DNA of 32,000 bases, taken from the NCBI RefSeq assembly GCF_000354175.2, contig NC_022359.1, positions 690,001 to 722,000 of the forward strand, read 5' to 3'. Under the pieces are notes generated by a model that was given only the letters and a program-made list of their open reading frames with translations, was not told the origin of the DNA and did not search any database. Source of the stretch: Vibrio alginolyticus NBRC 15630 = ATCC 17749 (GTDB lineage Bacteria; Pseudomonadota; Gammaproteobacteria; Enterobacterales; Vibrionaceae). A program made the position numbers and the translations under genes. Below are positions 1 to 9,039 of this stretch, one piece after another; the first letter of the stretch is position 1, and each line of letters starts with the position of its first letter.

Positions 1-282
1 CATATTTTATTGCGAATTAAACAGCCTGAATTAACTCGTCCATATAAAACGCCTGGTGGGATAATTACGTCGAGTATTTCTCTGGTGCTTTCTTTGATCG
101 CAATGACAGGTGTTTATGCTTTTGATCCCTCGGCCTTTTTCATGACAATGGGATTGTTTCTTATCGGTGGTGTTTATTATGGGTTATACAGCCGCAACAA
201 ATTGGTGGCAGCAACCGCCGAGGAAGAGTTTGCCATGCTGTCTGTAGCAGAGCTAGAGCTTGAATCAGATGTCGTACGATAG
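1..282 (+). CDS. APC-family amino-acid/ethanolamine-type permease, C-terminal fragment (5' end lies outside the window)
   Basis: Frame 1 is open from base 1 to the TAG at 280-282. It encodes hydrophobic TM segments and the motif R-P-Y-K-T-P-G-G, typical of APC permease C-termini. A terminator hairpin follows. Confidence 0.6.
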   Translation, partial: HILLRIKQPELTRPYKTPGGIITSSISLVLSLIAMTGVYAFDPSAFFMTMGLFLIGGVYYGLYSRNKLVAATAEEEFAMLSVAELELESDVVR

Positions 283-313
283 TCACTCTGATTCTTGTTA
301 TTCAGCATATTAA

Positions 314-336
314 GGGAGCCATAGGCTCCCTTTGTC
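314..336 (+). terminator. Rho-independent terminator
   Basis: GGGAGCC-ATA-GGCTCCC perfect 7-bp stem followed by TTTGTC, about 30 nt after the permease stop. Confidence 0.7.
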
Positions 337-469
337 ATTTCTATCAAAAGTGCATAGCGCACAAATGCATCACTTTAACTTTATAAGTGGTTAATCATGT
401 GAAAGTCTAGTCTGGATAACGATGGCGCAGATCCATCACAGGTAAAGGTTAAGTTTTCAAGGAAAGGTC

Positions 470-1525
470 ATGATAAATAAGGTATTTAATACACTTTTGG
501 GAACAGAGTTACCGATTATTCAAGCGCCAATGGCCGGTGTGCAAGACAGCCAAATGACCATAGCCGTCAGTAATGTTGGCGGGCTTGGCTCGTTACCTTG
601 TGGAATGCTGAACAAAGACGCCATCGTAAAAGAACTTCAACTTATCAAGCAGGCAACTAACCGACCGTTTAACCTCAATTTCTTTTGCCATGAAATGCCG
701 GAGTATGACGCCAACAAGCACGAAAAGTGGCAAAAAACGCTGCAACCGTATTTTTCCGAGGTTGATGCAACCGTTCAGGCTCAGCCAAACGCTCCGACAA
801 GGATGCCTTTCAATCATGATATTGCTGACGCGATTGAACCATTTGCACCGCCAGTGATCAGTTTCCACTTTGGTTTGCCAGACGATGATCTGTTAGCTCG
901 AATTAGAGGGTGGGGAGGGAAGATCCTTTCGTCAGCGACCACGGTGGACGAAGCACTTTGGCTAGAAGCAAAAGGCGTTGACGGTATTATCGCCCAAGGC
1001 TTGGAGGCTGGTGGACACCGAGGTATGTTTTTATCGGATGATTTAACTACTCAATTAAGTTTGATGGCGTTATTACCACAAATCGCCAAACGGGTGAATT
1101 TGCCTGTTATTGCTGCAGGCGGAATCGCTGATAGAAGTGGGGTGGAAGCCGCGTTGAGATTAGGAGCGAGTGCCGTTCAAGTTGGCAGCGCCTATTTGTT
1201 GTGTGATGAGGCGAAAACATCGTCTTTACATCGATATGCCATTGCCAGTGAACGCGCGCAACATACCGCTGTGACCAATGTTTTCTCGGGCCGACCAGCG
1301 AGAGGCATTGTGAATCGCGCGATGTCGGAGCTAGGCTACATCAGTGAGTTTGCGCCGAAATTCCCATACGCCTCCATTGAAATGGCTCAACTAAGAGCGC
1401 TTATGGAAAAGCAAAACCGAGATGAATTCACACCGTTGTGGTGCGGACAAAACTCGTCGGGTTGTAAGGAAATATCGGCGGCAGAAATGACATTGTCATT
1501 AGTGGACGGCATCGATTTAAACTGA
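470..1525 (+). CDS. Nitronate monooxygenase (NMO / 2-nitropropane dioxygenase family, FMN TIM barrel)
   Basis: N-terminal 'LPIIQAPMAGV' and 'AQGLEAGGHRG' motifs and length of 351 aa. SD AAGGAAAGG lies upstream of the ATG. Confidence 0.85.
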   Translation: MINKVFNTLLGTELPIIQAPMAGVQDSQMTIAVSNVGGLGSLPCGMLNKDAIVKELQLIKQATNRPFNLNFFCHEMPEYDANKHEKWQKTLQPYFSEVDATVQAQPNAPTRMPFNHDIADAIEPFAPPVISFHFGLPDDDLLARIRGWGGKILSSATTVDEALWLEAKGVDGIIAQGLEAGGHRGMFLSDDLTTQLSLMALLPQIAKRVNLPVIAAGGIADRSGVEAALRLGASAVQVGSAYLLCDEAKTSSLHRYAIASERAQHTAVTNVFSGRPARGIVNRAMSELGYISEFAPKFPYASIEMAQLRALMEKQNRDEFTPLWCGQNSSGCKEISAAEMTLSLVDGIDLN

Positions 1526-1563
1526 TATGCATCTTGCCTTTTAAAGCGATGCTGACTGAATGG

Positions 1564-2043
1564 TTACGAGTTATCCCTGTATTTATGTAGTAAATCTAAT
1601 GGGATGTGGCAGTAATCATTCGGAAAGTTTGTGAGTCTGTCTTGGTGCTCATCATCACTTGGCACATAATTTGTGAGTGGCAGTACTTCTACGGCGATCT
1701 TGTCGGCGTCCGGTCGTACTGCGATAAACGCTTTCGCCATGGTGAGATGCTGTTCGTTTTGGCTATAAACACCAGTACGGTACTTCTCACCTACGTCTTC
1801 ACCTTGCTTGTTAACGCTGTAAGGGTCGATTATCTCAAACAAATACCCCATTAAAGTTTCAACCGAAACTTGCTCAGGGTCGAACTGGGTTTTCACGCAC
1901 TCTGCGTAGCCATCGTATTCGGATTGAGTGTTATCCGTTGTGCCATTTGCTCGCCCGGCTTCTGTGTTGATTACGCCCGGAAGGTGGCGCATAAATTCTT
2001 GCACGCCCCAAAGGCAACCGCCTGCGAAGTAAATTTCTTCCAT
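1564..2043 (-). CDS. msrA: Peptide-methionine (S)-S-oxide reductase MsrA
   Basis: 'IYFAGGCLWGVQE' active-site Cys motif plus 'DPYSVNKQGEDVGEKYRTGVY'. Start re-called to the internal ATG at 2043, which is preceded by AGGAT. The ORF-track start at 2103 adds 20 non-conserved residues. Confidence 0.85.
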   Translation of the reverse strand: MEEIYFAGGCLWGVQEFMRHLPGVINTEAGRANGTTDNTQSEYDGYAECVKTQFDPEQVSVETLMGYLFEIIDPYSVNKQGEDVGEKYRTGVYSQNEQHLTMAKAFIAVRPDADKIAVEVLPLTNYVPSDDEHQDRLTNFPNDYCHIPLDLLHKYRDNS

Positions 2044-2260
2044 TACTTTTATCCTAGTCTTTACCGTTGTTGGGATGTAGGGAGTTAACCCCTCTTCTTC
2101 CATCCCATTTTCGTTGCCCTATTATCTGTTGATGGGAGCGATATTCGCAAGGTAAAGCTTGGCTAATCAGACCACGCGTTTTTTCCTTTTTACTTTCAAG
2201 TTCTTTTCATATGAAACATCAGGTGAGTATACTGTAAGCTCATCAATAAGGAGCGAACCT

Positions 2261-3001
2261 GTGAACCCAAGACAAAATGAAATTCTGCAATTAGTGAACG
2301 ACCGTAAACGCGTTCAAGTCACGGAGCTTTCTGACATCATTGGCGTGTCGGGCGTGACCATCAGACAGGATTTGAACTTTCTGGAGCAACAGGGCTACCT
2401 AAAGCGCGTTCACGGCGCAGCTACCGCGTTGCAAAGTGATGACATTGATGCCCGCCTGGAAGTACGTTTCGATATTAAACAATCGCTCGCAAACCAAGCT
2501 GCGGATTTGGTCGCACCGAATGAGACAGTGCTGATTGAAGGAGGCAGTGCCAATGCGTTGTTGGCTCGGACATTGGCTGAGCGCGGCGATGTGACCATCA
2601 TTACGCCATCGGCGTATATCGCCCATCTCATCCGTAACACTTCTGCCAACATTATCTTGCTTGGTGGCGTGTATCAGCACCAAGGCGAGAGCTTGGTCGG
2701 ACCGCTGACTAAGTTGTGTATTGAGAACATTCATTTCAGCACGGCCTTCTTGGGTATTGACGGCTTCCATCAAGACACTGGCTTTACTAGCCGCGACATG
2801 ATGCGCGCTGAGATCGCAGAAACCATCATTGCGAAAAAAAGGCGCAATATTGTTCTAACGGATTCTAGTAAATTTGGGCAAATTTATCCCTCATCAATTG
2901 GTAAGACTGACGAAATATCAGTGCTGCTGACTGACAAAGCCGCTCCGAAAAGCGACCTTGAACAAATCAAAAAGCGAGGTGTGGAAGTTATATTAGGCTG
3001 A
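2261..3001 (+). CDS. DeoR/GlpR-family transcriptional regulator
   Basis: N-terminal HTH 'RQNEILQLVNDRKRVQVTELSDIIGVSGVTIRQDLNFLEQQGYLKRVHGGA' and DeoR C-terminal sensor domain ('AFLGIDG'). GTG start at 2261 is preceded by AAGGAG at 2249-2254. The TTG start at 2159 in the ORF track is unlikely. Confidence 0.85.
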   Translation: MNPRQNEILQLVNDRKRVQVTELSDIIGVSGVTIRQDLNFLEQQGYLKRVHGAATALQSDDIDARLEVRFDIKQSLANQAADLVAPNETVLIEGGSANALLARTLAERGDVTIITPSAYIAHLIRNTSANIILLGGVYQHQGESLVGPLTKLCIENIHFSTAFLGIDGFHQDTGFTSRDMMRAEIAETIIAKKRRNIVLTDSSKFGQIYPSSIGKTDEISVLLTDKAAPKSDLEQIKKRGVEVILG

Positions 3002-3895
3002 TTAAGCCACGCTTCGTTTTCGCTTCGCGAGCATTGCTGTTGGGGAGAAACCGGTGACTAGCATAGTGCCGCTAAGCACTAGAATTGTTCCTATGATGGT
3101 GTTAGAGCCGACGGGCTCATCTAGCACCAAGTAGCCCCATAAGATACCAAAAACAGGAACAAGAAAAGTGACAGTCAGTGCTGACGCTGGGCCGATATCA
3201 GAAACTAAGCGGAAATAGAGCAAATAAGCGAACCCTGTGCATACAACGCCGAGCGTGACAACAGAGCTCCATTCGAAATGACTTGGTTCTGCACGCATTG
3301 GTAAGAATGGTAGCAGCGGCAGTACCCAAATAACCGCCGCCCACATGCTGCCGTGAGCATTGTCAAAAGCAGGTACTTGTGGCGCATTTTTAGTGTAGTT
3401 GGTAGCAATGCCATAGCTGAAAGAAGCCATCAAACTGGCGGCAATAGGGAGCATGGCTTCTTCACCTATGGTTGAAGTATCTAAGCCGACCAAGACTGCA
3501 ACGCCTCCAATGCCTATTAGCATACCGAGAACAGATTTCGCTGTGAGTGGGCTGCGGTACCAAACAAAGCCAACTAGTGCTCCCCATATTGGGGCGGTTG
3601 AGTTCAATATTGCTAAAGTTGATGCATTCAGTGTCTGGGCTGCGTACGCAAAGAGTAAAAATGGAACTGCGCTATTGAATAAGCCAATAATAAAGAAGTG
3701 TTTAGTATGCGCAGTTAACGTGAGTTTCTTCTTCAAATATACGGCGATCAATAACAAAGCGACGGCGGCAAATGTAACTCGAAATTCGATTAAGTAAGCC
3801 GGCCCGAATGTGTTGGCGGCGACTCGCATAAACAGAAACGAGCCACCCCAAATAGCAGCGAGGCAGAGTAAGCGAAAAAAACTGACGGCAGTCAT
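3002..3895 (-). CDS. EamA/DMT-superfamily transporter
   Basis: About 10 predicted TM helices with two EamA-like halves, 297 aa. Convergent with the DeoR gene with zero intergenic bases. Confidence 0.8.
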   Translation of the reverse strand: MTAVSFFRLLCLAAIWGGSFLFMRVAANTFGPAYLIEFRVTFAAVALLLIAVYLKKKLTLTAHTKHFFIIGLFNSAVPFLLFAYAAQTLNASTLAILNSTAPIWGALVGFVWYRSPLTAKSVLGMLIGIGGVAVLVGLDTSTIGEEAMLPIAASLMASFSYGIATNYTKNAPQVPAFDNAHGSMWAAVIWVLPLLPFLPMRAEPSHFEWSSVVTLGVVCTGFAYLLYFRLVSDIGPASALTVTFLVPVFGILWGYLVLDEPVGSNTIIGTILVLSGTMLVTGFSPTAMLAKRKRSVA

Positions 3896-4049
3896 TTGAC
3901 ATCCTTGGTCGAGGTCTAGCGCCTCATCGATTAATTGTTGCGCTAACAGTGAATTAAACCAAGGATGAGGTCAACCAGAAATGTAATGCCAGTTCCGGAT
4001 CTGGCTAGCTTGGGCTCACGTTGATGGTGTGTTGTTGATTTGTGATGAC

Positions 4050-4406
4050 TTAATGGCTCTCTGACCATACTGCGAATTCATTTCCACTCGGTTCAGTGAA
4101 GTGGAATCGACAGCCGCCGGGGAATTCGAAAATAGGGCGGATAATTTTTCCACCATGCTGCTCTACTTTTGCCTGAGTGGCCTGAATGTCTGAGCTATAA
4201 AATACTAAAAGTGCGCCACCATTTGCGGTTTGGTTTATAAACTCAGATTTGAAGAATCCGCCATCCAACCCTTGTCCTGAAAATGCAGAATATTCTGGGC
4301 CATAATCGGTAAAGCTCCAGTCAAAAGCACGCTCAAAAAATTGTTTGGTCGCACTGACATTAGTGGAACCAAATTCAACGTAATTCAATTTTTCATGTTG
4401 ATGCAT
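4050..4406 (-). CDS. VOC (glyoxalase/bleomycin-resistance/dioxygenase) family protein
   Basis: 118 aa with a 'LNYVEF...FYERAFDW'-like beta-alpha-beta-beta-beta pattern and 'GCRFHFTEPSGNEFAVW'. Lies 29 nt downstream of pncA on the same strand. Confidence 0.7.
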   Translation of the reverse strand: MHQHEKLNYVEFGSTNVSATKQFFERAFDWSFTDYGPEYSAFSGQGLDGGFFKSEFINQTANGGALLVFYSSDIQATQAKVEQHGGKIIRPIFEFPGGCRFHFTEPSGNEFAVWSESH

Positions 4407-4435
4407 GGTGAAATCCTTCTCGGTTACTATCGTTT

Positions 4436-5089
4436 CTAGGCGAACTTTTCTACGATGATGTCGTCCGCTTTTTCGACAAATAATGCGCCATTATCTCTGA
4501 GCTCTGTCAGCACATTCTCTATATTATCAGGCAGCACCGCACGAGTTGAAGCAAGATTAACTACCACACTGTAGCCAAGTTCCAACGCTTGCATGACGGA
4601 TTTTTTCACGCAAAAGTCTAAGGCAAGGCCACCGATAACTAAGGTATCAATCCCGTTGAACTTTAGAAATTCATGCGCGCCTGTCGTTTTGGTGTCGGCA
4701 ATATCATGGAAAAAAATACCGTAAGGGTGCGCGTCAGGATCCATACCTTTATTAACTTGAAAATCATAGTCCAACACGGGTGGTAAACCATCTAGCAGCT
4801 CAGAACCTGTTGTGCCAAGCACACAGTGACGGTTCCACTTTATATCCACATTCGGTAAACCAACGGGCTCAAGCATATTGGCTGGCGATTCTGCATCCCA
4901 TTTTGCTTTCGGTGGGTGCAAGTCACGACTGACCAGTTTTAATCGGCCTTTGGCATGATTACTCAAAAGCTCCGGTACGATTTCCAACGCACCTGCAACG
5001 GGCAGTTCATTTGGACATAACTCACTAAAGCCTTTCTCTGGATCAACGTCGATCACTGCTGTAGTTTGATAGTTTACTCGAACAGTCAT
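4436..5089 (-). CDS. pncA: Nicotinamidase / isochorismatase-family hydrolase (PncA-like)
   Basis: Isochorismatase-fold motifs: 'AVIDVDPEKGF' (Asp) and 'LVIGGLALDFCVKKSV' (catalytic Cys). The context between nrtR and the divergent pncB supports the call. Confidence 0.75.
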   Translation of the reverse strand: MTVRVNYQTTAVIDVDPEKGFSELCPNELPVAGALEIVPELLSNHAKGRLKLVSRDLHPPKAKWDAESPANMLEPVGLPNVDIKWNRHCVLGTTGSELLDGLPPVLDYDFQVNKGMDPDAHPYGIFFHDIADTKTTGAHEFLKFNGIDTLVIGGLALDFCVKKSVMQALELGYSVVVNLASTRAVLPDNIENVLTELRDNGALFVEKADDIIVEKFA

Positions 5090-5121
5090 GGCAGACTCCT
5101 TGTCTGTCTGATTGTCTGCGT

Positions 5122-5847
5122 TTATCCACGCAAACAGTTTTGAAAAAAGGTTACTTCGTCGCTAGTCAGCGTATATACCATTGCGGGTTTTCCACCTTTG
5201 CCTTTGTTGGTTGAAGCGACTTTATTAGTGGGTTTTAGTACGCCTGAATCTATCAAGCGGCGCTTAATCGTCATTCGGCTGATATCAATACCAAACTCTT
5301 GATAAGCAGAAATGATGTCCGCAACCAAAAACTCTTTGTCTAATGCAAACAAAAGAACCGATGTGTATTCAATGGATGCACGAAGCTTTTGCCACGCTTT
5401 TTCAATGGTTTTTTGATGATCAAATGCGAGGGTTTCTTCTCCATTGAGAATAGCCTGTAGCGAAAACCATTTAAGTTGGCATTCCGGTACACCTGCATTA
5501 TTTATTTGCTCTACATTGTTACGATCGACTAAGGCGTAGTGCGTAATGTTTAAGCTCCAGTCTTCTGGATCGCGCTTTGGATCACCGTCGATAAACGCTT
5601 CGCTAAAATGGCGAGGGTAGGTATGGATTTTCTCACGGCAAATTCGGCGACGCGCCGCTTCAAAGTTTTCATCGGCCGGGCGTCCGCCTTCACTGGTTAA
5701 GTCTTTATCAAAGACAAATCCGCCCGGTAGTGCCCAGACTCCATGGTATGGCCGATTTGGATTTGAACGTTTAATCAACAACACTTCCAATCCCTTATCG
5801 GCACAGCCAGATAGCCTGAATGGAATAATGTCGACAGATACGATCAT
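5122..5847 (-). CDS. nrtR: NrtR-type regulator (Nudix-like N-domain + C-terminal winged HTH) of NAD metabolism
   Basis: Degenerate Nudix segment ('WALPGGFV...RRICREK') followed by a wHTH-like C-terminus. Co-directional with pncA and divergent from pncB, the arrangement known for NrtR regulons. Confidence 0.75.
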   Translation of the reverse strand: MIVSVDIIPFRLSGCADKGLEVLLIKRSNPNRPYHGVWALPGGFVFDKDLTSEGGRPADENFEAARRRICREKIHTYPRHFSEAFIDGDPKRDPEDWSLNITHYALVDRNNVEQINNAGVPECQLKWFSLQAILNGEETLAFDHQKTIEKAWQKLRASIEYTSVLLFALDKEFLVADIISAYQEFGIDISRMTIKRRLIDSGVLKPTNKVASTNKGKGGKPAMVYTLTSDEVTFFQNCLRG

Positions 5848-5907
5848 GGTTGGGTCCTAATATTGATTTGTAAGTAATCTAGCGCATAACAAGTGGTCAA
5901 TCAATGG

Positions 5908-5930
5908 GTAAGTAACGAGTTGTTAGAAAC
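5908..5930. promoter_or_regulatory. Operator-like motif (GTAAGTAAC-GAG-TTGTTAGAAAC) in the nrtR/pncB intergenic region
   Basis: Related to the two TTAGTAAC-A(4-5)-GTT copies nearer pncB. Partial dyad symmetry (GTAAC...GTTA). Confidence 0.3.
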
Positions 5931-6040
5931 GTTTTCGGTAGTGTTCTTAATACGGTTTGAGCATAAATTTACGGATGACTCTGACTTATTCACAATGCTT
6001 GTTCGAATTCTAGACAAAAAAACCTTATAAAAATGAGTGG

Positions 6041-6055
6041 TTAGTAACAAAAGTT
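6041..6055. promoter_or_regulatory. Operator-like repeat copy 1 (TTAGTAACAAAAGTT), candidate NrtR site
   Basis: Nearly identical sequence recurs 55 bp downstream. Partial dyad GTAAC-N4-GTTGAC. Confidence 0.35.
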
Positions 6056-6095
6056 GACAAACTATAGATGGGTGTTTATTGTTTACGCAAATTAG

Positions 6096-6111
6096 TTAGT
6101 AACAAAAAGTT
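6096..6111. promoter_or_regulatory. Operator-like repeat copy 2 (TTAGTAACAAAAAGTT), candidate NrtR site
   Basis: Second copy of the motif, 35 bp upstream of the re-called pncB ATG at 6146. Confidence 0.35.
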
Positions 6112-6145
6112 ATATACCCAGGAAGGGCATGTAGAAGGGCACCTA

Positions 6146-7456
6146 ATGACCACCAAACTATTTTCTTCCCGCATCATTCAAAGCGCTTTGGATTTCGATG
6201 TCTACAAAGTCAATATGATGAGTGCTGTAACAGCGCTTTACCCTGATGCGATGGTGTCATATAAGTTTATCGTGCGCAGTGAGGAAGACCTTTCTGAGCT
6301 TTTGCCTGAGGTAAAAGCCGAAGTCCTTAAACTGCAAGATATTCAATTTACGCAAGAAGAAATTGAATATATTAAGCGTGTCGCGCCTTACCTGAATCCT
6401 GACTTTGTTGATGCACTGCGCCATTTCCGTTTCAACCCACAAAGCGATGTCTCTTTCCATAACAAAGCCATGGCTGATGGCTCAAGCCAGTTAAGAATTA
6501 CTATTAACGGTTTGTGGCGAGATACCATCTTGTACGAAACGATCATCATGAGCATCGTGTCTGAAGTTCGTAGCCGTCAGCGTTGGTCAGATATCCCTGT
6601 TGTGCAATTTACCACTGTTTTAGAAGAGAAAGTTCGGCACCTAAAGTCGGAACTAAAACGTCGTAACATCACTAACTTTAAATTTTCTGACATGTCGACG
6701 CGTCGACGTTTTTCCTTCCAAGCTCAGCGCACTATGCTGGAATATTTGTGCCAGGAAGTGCCGGAATGTTTGACAGGAACAAGCAACTATCACTTAGCAA
6801 AAGAGCTAAACTTGACGCCTATCGGCACCGTTGCTCATGAATGGTTTATGGGACACCAAGCTCTGGTGAATGTGCGAGATTCGCAAAAAGTGGCGTTGCA
6901 ACGTTGGCAAAAAATGTTTAATGGTGCACTAGGCATTGCGTTAACCGATACGATTGGTATCGATGCTTTCCTTAAAGACTTTGATGAAGAACTAAGTAAC
7001 GCGTACTTCGGTGTACGTCACGATAGTGGTTGCCCTTATAGCTGGGGTGAAAAAATGATTGCACACTACCAGTCACTGAATATAGACCCATTAACAAAAA
7101 CACTGGTGTTTACCGACGGACTTAACTTCGAACAAGCGTTAGATATTTGCGAGTATTTCCAAGGACGTATTCAGGTGAGTTTTGGTATCGGTACTTTTCT
7201 TGCCAATGATATGGGTGATTATGTCAATAAAGATGGTGAAGCCTACCAGCCACTTTCTATCGTGATAAAAATGGTCACGTGCAATGGTTCACCGGTCGCC
7301 AAAATCAGTGACGAACCTGAGAAAGCCATGTGTGAAGATATCTTCTTTTTGATGAATCTCAAGCGCCGCTTTGAACAACCTCTTGATTTAAATGAGTGTC
7401 GTAAAATGATCGATCGTTTAGAAACTGAAGGTCAAAATTATCTCATTGACGCGTAG
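6146..7456 (+). CDS. pncB: Nicotinate phosphoribosyltransferase PncB
   Basis: 'SALDFDVYKVNMM', 'GTVAHEWFM' and 'GVRHDSG' motifs and about 436 aa. ATG at 6146 is preceded by GAAGGG. The ORF-track start at 6068 would cover one operator-like repeat copy (6096-6111) and lie just downstream of the other (6041-6055). Confidence 0.9.
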   Translation: MTTKLFSSRIIQSALDFDVYKVNMMSAVTALYPDAMVSYKFIVRSEEDLSELLPEVKAEVLKLQDIQFTQEEIEYIKRVAPYLNPDFVDALRHFRFNPQSDVSFHNKAMADGSSQLRITINGLWRDTILYETIIMSIVSEVRSRQRWSDIPVVQFTTVLEEKVRHLKSELKRRNITNFKFSDMSTRRRFSFQAQRTMLEYLCQEVPECLTGTSNYHLAKELNLTPIGTVAHEWFMGHQALVNVRDSQKVALQRWQKMFNGALGIALTDTIGIDAFLKDFDEELSNAYFGVRHDSGCPYSWGEKMIAHYQSLNIDPLTKTLVFTDGLNFEQALDICEYFQGRIQVSFGIGTFLANDMGDYVNKDGEAYQPLSIVIKMVTCNGSPVAKISDEPEKAMCEDIFFLMNLKRRFEQPLDLNECRKMIDRLETEGQNYLIDA

Positions 7457-7776
7457 GCGTTATCCTCTCTCCTTGATAAGCACCCTCTATCGTTACGACA
7501 AATTTATATAGGTAAACGTGGAGGGTGATTTCGTTATAGTAATATACAGAAGTAACCAGATACAGCGCAGGAAAGCACTCAAAAGTTGATGTGTTATCTG
7601 CCTTTGATTAGTGTAAATCGATACGTTACAGCATCGTGGACGGTGTATCTCATCCGACACTAAACTCAGTCTAATCACGTAGTTTATTCCCACGTACCAT
7701 GAGCTCACTCGGGTATAGACGTCTATCTGCTTTTATGACTTTGGGCTTCACGTAGTTGCTTGAATCAGGAGTCAAA

Positions 7777-8136
7777 ATGAACCTAGTAGTACATTTGCAA
7801 AAGAAAGCGATCCGAAAATATGGCTATGAGATGGCCACTCGCCAAGCATGGAGGTGTGGTATCAAGGCAAATCTTGTAAAGCGCGTGATTGGCCTTTTTA
7901 AAGGACAAATTGTTTGTGTGGTTGAAGGTTGCCGAGCAGAGTTTTCTTCTCCTCTTAATAACCCCCTTCACGAAGATGACAAGCAGGGGCGATATGTGTT
8001 TGTTGGCGGTGTATGCTGGGAACCAAATAACATTATAGCGCCTGGTTTCCCTGATTTTATGTTTATGCACGTGCGTAATCTAAGCCACCGTCATAAGTAT
8101 TTAACGGATGACGAACTATTTTTGAGCTTGGCTTAA
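7777..8136 (+). CDS. Hypothetical protein (119 aa), no family recognised
   Basis: ATG at 7777 with a strong SD CAGGAG 5 nt upstream. Open frame of 119 codons with no motif I can place. Confidence 0.5.
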   Translation: MNLVVHLQKKAIRKYGYEMATRQAWRCGIKANLVKRVIGLFKGQIVCVVEGCRAEFSSPLNNPLHEDDKQGRYVFVGGVCWEPNNIIAPGFPDFMFMHVRNLSHRHKYLTDDELFLSLA

Positions 8137-8350
8137 AAATAAATCTCATAGACTAGTCCAGCCCAATCATAATCAGTAGTGATACAGTTTTAGCTCTGTT
8201 GACACGTTGCTGAGTGTTTCTTGACGTACCTCTTATAAAACAGTGTTTCTTTACTTGTTAATAACAGAGGGTTTGTTTTCGTCTGATGTGATTTCCCTTT
8301 TGCGATTTACCATAACGCTCATCAAAGCAAACCATACTGGGATGTAAATC

Positions 8351-8869
8351 ATGAATATGAAATCTATCGCAATTGCAACGGCAGTTGTTGCTGTACTAGC
8401 AGGCTGTAAAGACAAAACGCCACCAGCTCCAACTCAAGCAAACATTACTTTGGTTGAAGCGGTGACTGAAACGGTGAAAAAGCCGCACCAAGTATGTAAA
8501 GACGTGGTAGTAACCGAGCAAGTTGCCCCTGCGGATGACAATAAAATTATTGGTACGGTTGGTGGCGCAGCAGCTGGAGCAGCGCTGGGCAACCAAATCG
8601 GTGGTGGCTCAGGTAAAGTGATTGCAACTGCAGCTGGTACGATTGCTGGTGCACTGACAGGTCGTAAGATCCAGGAGAATGTGCAAAAAGGTGATGTAGT
8701 AACAACGACGAAAAAACAGTGTCATACAGAATATACGACATCTGATAAAGTAGTGGGTTACGACGTCACTTACGAAGTTTCAGGTGCACCAACGACGGTT
8801 CGTTTGGCGAGCAAGCCAGCGACAAAAACGTTCCCAATTCAAGATGGTAACGTTGTTCTACCACAATAG
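8351..8869 (+). CDS. Outer-membrane lipoprotein with glycine-zipper domain (Slp/17-kDa-antigen-like)
   Basis: Signal peptide with lipobox 'VLAGC' and Gly-zipper 'GGAAAGAALGNQIGGGSGKVIATAAGTIAGALTG'. A terminator follows. Confidence 0.75.
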   Translation: MNMKSIAIATAVVAVLAGCKDKTPPAPTQANITLVEAVTETVKKPHQVCKDVVVTEQVAPADDNKIIGTVGGAAAGAALGNQIGGGSGKVIATAAGTIAGALTGRKIQENVQKGDVVTTTKKQCHTEYTTSDKVVGYDVTYEVSGAPTTVRLASKPATKTFPIQDGNVVLPQ

Positions 8870-8895
8870 TTAGCGACTTAACCGAAGCGATTAAC

Positions 8896-8930
8896 AAGCC
8901 CTTTTATCTTTGAGATGAAAGGGCTTTTTC
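8896..8930 (+). terminator. Rho-independent terminator
   Basis: AAGCCCTTT ... AAAGGGCTT stem followed by TTTTC. Confidence 0.7.
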
Positions 8931-9039
8931 ACACAAGCGGCGTTTTCATCTGTTTTCCTATTGGAATGTGCGGCCAGAAATACCCGTTAATTTCCGTGTT
9001 CGATACAATCACTTTTCTAAAAGTACGAACGGAAAAAAC

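Noticed and set aside
2159-2260. TTG-initiated 34-codon extension of the DeoR regulator. Similar long starts appear for msrA (2103), the methyltransferase (8968), mipA (15310), nlpE (16021), the DUF1611 gene (25497), soxR (28006), the TPR protein (29782) and the ASCH protein (29842).
   Set aside because: In each case an internal ATG or GTG with a recognisable SD coincides with the start of the conserved domain or signal peptide. The extensions are low-complexity or hydrophobic read-through of promoter DNA.
6068-6145. ORF-track N-terminal extension of pncB (start at 6068).
   Set aside because: The added residues ('MGVYCLRKLVSNKKLYTQEGHVEGHL') are not PncB-like and have no SD. They would make one repeated operator-like motif (6096-6111) coding, with the other copy (6041-6055) immediately upstream. 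ATG 6146 with GAAGGG upstream gives the canonical length.
7493-7708. 71-aa minus-strand ORF between pncB and the orphan gene.
   Set aside because: It has no SD and an odd composition (Cys/Ile/Leu/Tyr-rich, typical of AT-rich non-coding DNA). It overlaps the hairpin downstream of pncB.
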